A stretch of 64,000 bases of DNA from the human T2T-CHM13v2.0 reference genome, Homo sapiens: assembly GCF_009914755.1 (NCBI RefSeq), contig NC_060946.1, one strand, 5' to 3'. Shown in pieces: positions 54,878 to 64,000 of this stretch. The notes beneath the pieces were generated by a model that saw only the letters and a program-made list of their open reading frames with translations, did no database searches and was not told where the DNA came from. The translations under genes were made by a program, and so were the position numbers. The stretch's first letter is position 1, and every line of letters begins with the position of its first letter.

Positions 54878-57734
54878 TAACCCCACTATGACTAATAGGA
54901 AACTGGGAAGCTCAACTGGCCAGGGAGAAACCCCAAAGAATAGTGAACAAAAACAGTAACATTTTCTTATTACTTGGCTTTCTATTTTTGTCGATACATT
55001 CTCTTTGTATGTTTTCTTTTCTTTTTTAGAGACAGGATTTCATTATGCATGCCCAGACTGGATTTGAATCCTGGGCTCAAGCAATCCTTCCACCTCAGCC
55101 TCCTGAGTAGCTACTACAGGTGTGCGCCACAGCACCTGGCTTAAATTCTCTTCGTATTTTAAGTGTGGTCTTTATTGAGCTTTCTTTCTGTGTCCGGTGC
55201 TTGATACATGTGGCAGAGAAATACATATACACACATATACACATATGGACATATATGTGTTTTGTGTGTGTATCTCTCAGTAATTATATAAATAAGTATA
55301 TTAGGTTAATATGCTTACAAGAATTCCAAAATAATTAAGGTGGAATAACTTAGATAAATGCTCTTAGAATTTAAATATTTCCATATAGGGTGGTGACTTT
55401 TACCAAAAAGGTCCCATAATGTATAATCTTATGTTTACTCATCCATCCATTCATTCATTCACTCATCCATTCATTCATTCTTCATTCATTTTATTTTATT
55501 ATTATCATTTTTTGAGACAGGCTCTCATTCTGTCACCGAGGCTGGAATGCAGTGGCACATGATCACGGCTCACTGCAGCCTTGACCTCCCTGGGCTCAGG
55601 TGATCCTCTCACCTCAGCCTCCCAGGTAACAGACTACAGGCGTGTGCCACCACATCTGGCTAATTTTTTGTAGAGATGGGGTTTTGCCACATTGCCCACC
55701 AGGCTGGTCTTGAACTTCTGGGCTTGAGCAATCCTCCCACCTCAGCCTCCCAAAGTGCTGGAATTACAGGTGTGAGCCACTGTGCTCAGCAGTTCTTCAT
55801 TAATTTTAAAGGAATTATTGAGCATCTGCTTTGTGTTAGATTTCATGGGGGAAACAAAGATGTAGAAAATCCAGTCTTAGCATTCAAGGAAGTCAAGTAA
55901 CTACTCACCTGCTATAATAAATAAGTGCCGTGGAAGAGACATGATGACAACAAATGTAGTCTTCCACATACAAGCACATTCACCCTGACCGTCTGAATTT
56001 AATCTCTATAAGAACACTGCTGTAAAGGCAGGGGCTGTGTTGTCAATATCTCTGTGTCACATCAGGAAGCAGAGACACAGAAGGATCAAGTGACCTGTGT
56101 CTGAGTGAAGTAGCAGAGATTAGGAGCCAGAGTTGCTGATGCCACAGCCCCCGCCTTTCAGGGAGGCCCAGAGGCTGAGTCCTGAGAGCACAGGGGCACT
56201 GGGGAGAGGGAGGCTCCACTCAGTGACCTCCTGGTACCTGCACAGCCAGGACACAGACTAGAGAGTGAAGAACAGGAACAGCTTATGTTGCTGCCTGCAG
56301 AGCCCCAAACCTGAGCATATTTCCTGTTTTCTCTTTTTCATGGCAACTCAAGGAAGGGAACACCAGGCCCCTGGTTTCCAGTATATGGTTGGGATCTACT
56401 CAGCCATGCTTGATAAGACAGACTGAGCCCCTTAATTCAAAACATTCTGACTTTGAAGTTTTTGTTAGTAGTTAGCCCAGGAGATAAGCAGTTAGGTATT
56501 TCTTTTTTAAAGTACTTAAATTGAAAGTTCCACATGACATAAAGCTGTATGTGTGCCACCGTATGGTAGTTTTTCATCTCCCAATTTCATAAAGTCTGTT
56601 TATTGCACGTCCACACATTTGTGTGCTAAAGGCTCCCTAAACACCCGTTCTTCAAAGAAGCCAAGGATTGAAATCTCCCATACTATGGCCTGACACAGTA
56701 AACTCTAATATGCCCTCTCCGGGGGACAGGCGCCATCATGTTCCATCATGTCAATAACTCATGCAGTAAGCAGACCCCAAGCTGACTTGACATAAAAGAA
56801 GTAGTCTTGGTAGTTATGCATGACAGCCATGCTGTCAAAACAGAAATGTTAGTTTATTTTAAATGATCCATTGATTCTTTGTGTACGCCCTGGCATGGTG
56901 CAGAGCCTGCGGTTTCCCCACTACTTGTGGTTTCCCAATGACAGCTCCAGGGTTTGACAGCAAAGCCAAAAATAAGCTCACAAAATTCATGAATAGCAGC
57001 CTACACAAGAGCAACACTGCTTCTAAGTTAACTTGGCTGAAAGCTAAACAAAGGATCATTTTCTGTCCTCAGTGTACTAACCCCTTCTTGGGCAATATAA
57101 CGTGTGAAAGAAATATATCTTCCCAAACATATTTATCTGCTTAGCAAGTCTTTCTTGGGAATGGATATCCATTTTGTAAGTGCATCTTGGAAATCTAGGA
57201 TCTGTTTGGTCTTATCGGGAGTGGTTGAGAGCAGCAGCCATTTGTTCCTTGCAGGCTTTCCTGCTAGTGGTCTAACCCTAGGTTCTCCTACCAAGCCACC
57301 ACCCTGTCTTTATCATTCATCTTTCTCTCCATTTTGATTTCAGCATCAAGAACTGTTTTCCCTTCTACTATAGTCCATTTTTTCCCCATTTGATTCTATT
57401 AACAGCTTTTACCAAATTATTCCCATGTTCAGAAACCTGTGGTGAGCTCAGGTATCCTGTCACATCAAACCTAAACCCTTCTTTTTTTTGAGATAGGGGT
57501 CTGCTCTGTTGCCCAGCCTGGAGTGCAGTTGTGCAATTACAGCTCACTGCAGCCTCAAACTCTTGGCCTCAAGCGATCCTCCTGCTTTGGCCTTCCAAAG
57601 TGTTGGGATTACGGGTGTGAGCCACCATATCTGGCCGCCTCTGACTTTTATTCTCACTGCCAGCCCCTACACCCACCCCTTCCTCCCTCTCAGGCTAAAC
57701 CTATTATATCATCTTAGTCACCAAAAAGCTAATA

Positions 57735-57735
<1 letters not shown>

Positions 57736-57771
<36 letters not shown>
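57736..57771 (+). repeat. (CA)18 microsatellite, intron 8
   Basis: Direct read. Confidence 0.95.
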
Positions 57772-57772
<1 letters not shown>

Positions 57773-58212
57773 CTCATTTCCCTGTCTCTACCTTATTTCT
57801 GGTTTTGCCCTGTGCAGAATGCCCCTTCACCTGCCTTTTAGCTACCCTGTTGGATTGTTCTTCTAAGATCAGCTTCACTCTCTCTTGCTTATGGTGGATC
57901 TACTCTGAACCTCCACATATTTGTGATTTGTACCACCCAGTGAAGCACTAATATTTGATGTGATTTCTTGAGTAATTGGCTGTTGTTAGCCTAGTTCCAA
58001 CTAGATGGTGAGCTTCATGAAGGTGGGCCCATGCCCTCGACTACAGTAGCCCTCCAGTGTTGGCCTCAGGGTTGGGCCCATTAAGGATGCTTATTTTAGG
58101 TTGTCAAGAATCCCTTCCCACACTCATGCCTAAGATGGTCTAGAGAGCGTACCTTTAGGGTCCTGAGCTTCCACAGCCCGAGACTTGGTGCTCCTAATTC
58201 CCTGAGGTTTAG

Positions 58213-58434
<222 letters not shown>

Positions 58435-58569
58435 TGAGATCCTGGTTTTCATTACTGATAATGGTAGCTTTTCTGAGAATTGAATACTTCTTTTTAAAGG
58501 ATATCAGAGTGACATCTTGTGAAGTATAGAATGGTATCTCACTTGGCGCATACTTTCTGTTTAGCTTAA

Positions 58570-58920
<351 letters not shown>

Positions 58921-61669
58921 TAAAAAGGATTTTTAATGCAGTATTTCATACATATAAAAGGATAAGTGTAACATATGAATTATAAAGAATAACAAAAGTG
59001 AATAGCTGTGTACCCACAACCCCACTTTAAGAAATAGCACAGTCCTGGCCGGGTGCGGTGGCTTACGCCTGTAATCCCAGCACTTTGGGTGGCCGAGACG
59101 GGTGGATCACAAGGTCAGGAAAAAAAAAAAAAAAGAAAAAGAAAAAGGAAAAAAGAAATAGCACAGTCCCAATACTGTTGAGACCCTTCATGTTAACACC
59201 CTGCTGGTCTCTCCTTTCCCTCTCCCCAAGGGTGATCACTGTTTTGAGTTGAGTATTCATCATCCTCTTGCTTTTCAACAGAATTTTATTTCATATATGG
59301 CAAAAGAAAAATACCATTCAATGTCATATGTTTATGAAATTTATCTAAATGCTGTCAAGTATATATATTCTTTTGTCATTTTCCTTTTCCTTTTTCATTA
59401 TTTTTTTGAGATATATCTTTGTTGATGCTTAAAGATAGTCTGTTCATTCTCACCTCTGTAGCACTCTGTTATATATTTTTCTGATTCTTCTGTTAATGGA
59501 TAATTAAGTGCTTTTTACTTCTATACTTTTTTTTTTGAAATGGGGTCTCACTCTGTTGCCCAGGCACAATCTCGGCTCACTGCAACCTCCGCCTCCCGGA
59601 TTTAAGCAATTCTCCTGCCTCAGCCTCCTGAGTAGCTGGGATTACAGGCGGCCACTACCACGCCCGGCTAATTTTTGTATTTTTAGTAGAGATGGTGTTT
59701 CACCATGTTGGTCAGGCTGGTCTCGAACTCCTGACCTTGTGATCTGCCCACCTTGGCCTCCCAAAGTGCTGGGATTACAGGCGTGAGCCACTGCACCCAG
59801 CCACTTCTATACTGTTTTAACAGGCTGTTATGAAAACTTTTGTATCTGCCTCCTGGTGCACATAGGCAATAGTTTCTTTGGAGTCTTGAGTATACTGGGC
59901 TAGGTGGGGTGGCTCACGCCTGTAATCTCAGCACTTGGAGAGGTCAAGGCAGGATAACTGTTTGAGGCCAGGAGTTCGAGACCAACCTGGGCAACATAGC
60001 AAGACCCTGTCTCCAAAAAAATGAAAATAAATAAAATTTTTAAATAATAAAAAAGAGGGCCAGGCACAGTGGCTCAACTCCTGTAATCCCAGCACTTTGG
60101 GAGGCTGAGGCAGGCGGATCACCTGAGGTCAGGAGTTCAAGACCAGCCTGACCAACATGGAGAAATCCTGTCTCTACTAAAAATACAAAATTAGCTGGGC
60201 GTGGTGGCGCATGCCTATAAATCCCAGCTACTTAGGAGGCTGAGGCAGGAGATCGCTTGAACCCAGGAGGTGGAGGTTGCAGTGAGCCGAGATCATGCCA
60301 TTGCACTCCAGCCTGGGCAACAAGAGTAAAACTTCGTCTCCAAAAAAAAAATAAATACATAAAAATAAATCAAAAATAGAGCTTAGAGTATATACACAGG
60401 AGTAGAAGTACAGGGCTTGGTATATGTTTAAATTTCAAAATTATGACACATTGTTTTCTAAAGAAGGTGAATCGATTTTTACAGACCCAACAGTAGTGGG
60501 TGAAGTTTGTTTTTTGCTATCCTTAATACTTGTATTATCAGCCTTTTAAAATTTTTGCCAATCTTGTGCATCTAAAATGGTATCTCATTATCAAATGAAC
60601 TTTTTTTTTTTGAGATTTTGAGATAGGGTCTCACTCTGTTGCCCAGGCTGAAATGTAATGACACGATCATGTCTCACTGCAGCATGGACCTGCCCAGGCT
60701 CAGTGATCCTCCCACCTCACCCTCCCCAGTAGCTGGGACTACAGACACACACCACCATGCCCAGCTAATTTTTTGTATTTTTTTTATAGAGACAAAGTTT
60801 TGCCATGTTGTCCAGGCTTGTCTTAAACTCCTGGGCTCAAGCAATCTGCCTGCCTCCCCTTCCCAAAGTGCTAGGATTACACTTCCCAAAGTGCTGAGCC
60901 ACCAGGTCTGGCCAAATGTTTTGAGTTTTTTGTGGAGATGGCGTCTCACTATGTCACCCAGGCTGGTCTTGAACTCCTGGGCTCAAGGATCCTCTCACCT
61001 TGGCCTCCGAAAGTGCTGGGATTACAGGTGTGAGCTACTGCACCTAGCCTGTTTTCTTTATTGGCTATATCTTCCAGTTTGTTGCTCTTTTTCTTTTTTT
61101 ATGTCTTGACAATAAGAATTTTTAATTTTAATGTAGACAAATATATACATTTTTTCCTTAATCACTTTTTGTGTCTTACTTGGCATCTTCTCTTATCCTA
61201 TGATCATAAAGATATTCTTCTATATTGTCTTCTAAAAGTTTCAAGGGCTTAATCTTTGCATTTAAGTATTTAATCCTTCTGGAGTTGATTTTTGTGTAAG
61301 GTGTAAGGGAGGGATACAACTTATTTTTTTCCACATGCATAACCTGTTGCCTCAGCCCAGCTTACTGAACGAGCTTTCCTATCCTCCCTGGTCTGCAGAA
61401 CCACATCTTGATGTAGGAGAGTAAGGTGCACCCAGAAGACATGGTGAAGTGTCCTCCAGTCCTCTCTTGATTTATGATTTTTACCTCCTGGCATATCTGA
61501 GGCGCCTTCATTTTGCATGTTTCCAGAGCTGACGGCACTAGAGGCCACTAGTAGGGCTTTGGTGTTTCACTCTATGCATTCATCTTCACGTTTACTGCTA
61601 CCTGCAAGAGCTCAAACTGCTATGGCACTAGTGGGCCAGTAGGCAGTGAAGTAAATTTGTGGATATTAA

Positions 61670-61828
<159 letters not shown>

Positions 61829-63384
61829 TAACTGATGATGTCACTGTGTGGTCAGTCCTGGCCTGGGAGGCGAGGAGTGGTCATGGGCTGGCAGGAGTCT
61901 TTTGGCCGTGGACATACCTGCTCTTGTTTTATACCTTTTGGATCTTCATTTGCCGATGCCTACCTGGTGGGATGTCATCTCTGGAAATGAGGAATAAACC
62001 CTAATAGCATATCTAAAAGAAACATCTCTAGTAATTTCTACGCTTGGAGAAATTAAGTGTGATTAACACCAGTTTGGGATGAAATAGCCAAGAGTGCATG
62101 CATCTATCCGTCCGGCTAGCTAGCTTGCTTTCTTTTTTTGCCTGTCTGCCTCCTTGTGCAGCCTTCTCCTTTTCTAATTAGATGGTGATAGAATGCCAGG
62201 TGGCATTTCAGTGCTTGCGGCTGGAATGCTAATTTGACTCTGGCTGCAATTCCCCACTGCAGGTCAGGCCTTATGGCATGTCACCTGCCCCAGGAGGTGC
62301 CAGGAGCATCTATCAGCAGACTGGATGATCTGCATCATTGTTTTCTACTCATAAACCTTCTCTGCTCATGGAAATCCACACAACTAATTTGGGCCTTACT
62401 GCTGAGAATATCAATTGTGTTTTTGGATAAACTACTAGATAGAGTAGCAGCAGCTGCAGTTGGCTGCCCGCAGGACTTGCAAGCTCAGAAGTGTAATAAT
62501 TAGTCTGTGTGCACCTTTCTGATTTGGATACATTGGAGAGGCTGGTCCCAGCCCTAGGATTTAGAATGAAATGCCCAGTGTGCTTTCAGCTCTCTATCTC
62601 TTTGCTTTCTGAGGTAGTGGGCCACAAATGTGTTCTTTGGGATGCTTTCAGGGTGATGGGATGGATTTGTTGGACAAAGAAATCCTACTGAGCCAGCATG
62701 GGGTCATAGTGGCAGTTTCATGAAGAGCTCGTGGCAGTGGCTCATCCCTATAACTCCAGCACTTTGGGAGGCCAAGGCAGGAGGATCACTTGCCTAGGAA
62801 TTTGAGGCTGCAGTGAGCTATGATTGCACCACTACATTCCAGCCTGGGTGACCAAGCAAGACCCTGTTTTAAAACAGAAGCAGAAACAAAATACCAAAAT
62901 AAATAAATAAATAAGTAAATAAATAAGAAGGAGGAGGAGAGCTTTCTTTGACCTTTTTCTTAGCAGAGCAAAGCTTAGAAGTAAGAAATCTGAAAGTGTC
63001 AGGGAATATGCAGTCTGTGGGCCCTGGCAGAGAATAGCAGGAACACTGCAGATCGGCACTGCTTACAGCACAGCAGAGCCACAAACCTGGCATCTGGGCA
63101 ACCACAGATCAGGTGGACAGACACTGACCTTGGAGCCAGATCTGAAATTTAGAATGTGAGTAAGTCAATGACTTACCTTCCAGACCTTAGTTTTCTCATC
63201 CATCAGGTGAAACTAATGATATACCTTCTCCATCTCAGATGAAGGGACGTATATTACACCTTACAGTCTTTGTATGCAGTAAACTTCTTTTGTGAATAGG
63301 AGGTCTTTTATATTGGGGTAGAGGTCTCAGGGAAAGTACAGGGCCAGGAACTGAAGGAGATTACCTGGCTTTTTTTTTTAATAA

Positions 63385-63522
<138 letters not shown>

Positions 63523-63866
63523 TAGTTAATTTTAATTGTTTCGTAGAGATCAGGTCTTGCTATGTTACCCAGGCTGATCTCAAACTCCTGGGCTCAAACA
63601 TTCCTCCTACTTCAGCCCCCCAAAGTGCTAGGGTTACAGGCATGAGCTGCTATGCCTGCCTGGCCTGACTGGGCTTTTTCTTTCTTTCTTTCTTAGTTTC
63701 TTTTTTTTTAAAAGAATTGTAGATATGTAGTAAGCCACCTTATGGAAATTGTAATATGATGGAAATTAGAGAACAAATTGGCCAAGCTTTTCATTGACTT
63801 ACAAGGAGAAAATTGGAGAAGAACTTTCACTGTTTTATTGCTTGTCTTTGCATTATCTTTTTGAGC

Positions 63867-63867
<1 letters not shown>

Positions 63868-63902
<35 letters not shown>
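63868..63902 (+). repeat. (TG)17 microsatellite, intron 10
   Basis: Direct read. Confidence 0.95.
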
Positions 63903-63904
<2 letters not shown>

Positions 63905-64000
63905 TTGGCTTAGGATTTAGAAAAAGCAGCAGTCTTAGAAACCTTGTATGACCAGAGTGTGGGATAAGATTGAAGCAAGAAGTAATTAAATGTGCTTTAA

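Overview
Human (hominid) genomic DNA from inside the NF2 (merlin/schwannomin) tumour-suppressor gene on the + strand. The window covers most of intron 1, coding exons 2-10 (aa 39-333: FERM F1-F3 lobes and the start of the helical region) and part of intron 10. All nine exons have AG/GT boundaries and join into one uninterrupted reading frame. The introns are very repeat-rich: roughly 60 Alu copies or fragments, a shattered old L1, MIR/L2, MER20/MER5A1/MER58B/MER53, a full-length antisense SVA in intron 4, and an RPE processed pseudogene in intron 1. The most notable observations are: (1) the RPE retrocopy appears to come from an exon-skipped mRNA; (2) the SVA inserted at the same target site as an ancient Alu monomer, leaving a triplicated TSD; (3) a latent 106-nt poison pseudoexon in intron 5 lies one base from a consensus branch point; (4) three exons begin with GT, regenerating 5' splice sites; (5) a CpG-rich non-repeat segment in intron 7 can fold into a long hairpin with a possible pseudoknot; (6) two palindromic CTCF-like motifs lie in intron 1; (7) one Alu of 74 nt is flanked by a full TSD. 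I see no evidence for a new protein-coding system. Repeat boundaries are approximate and subfamily calls were made by eye.
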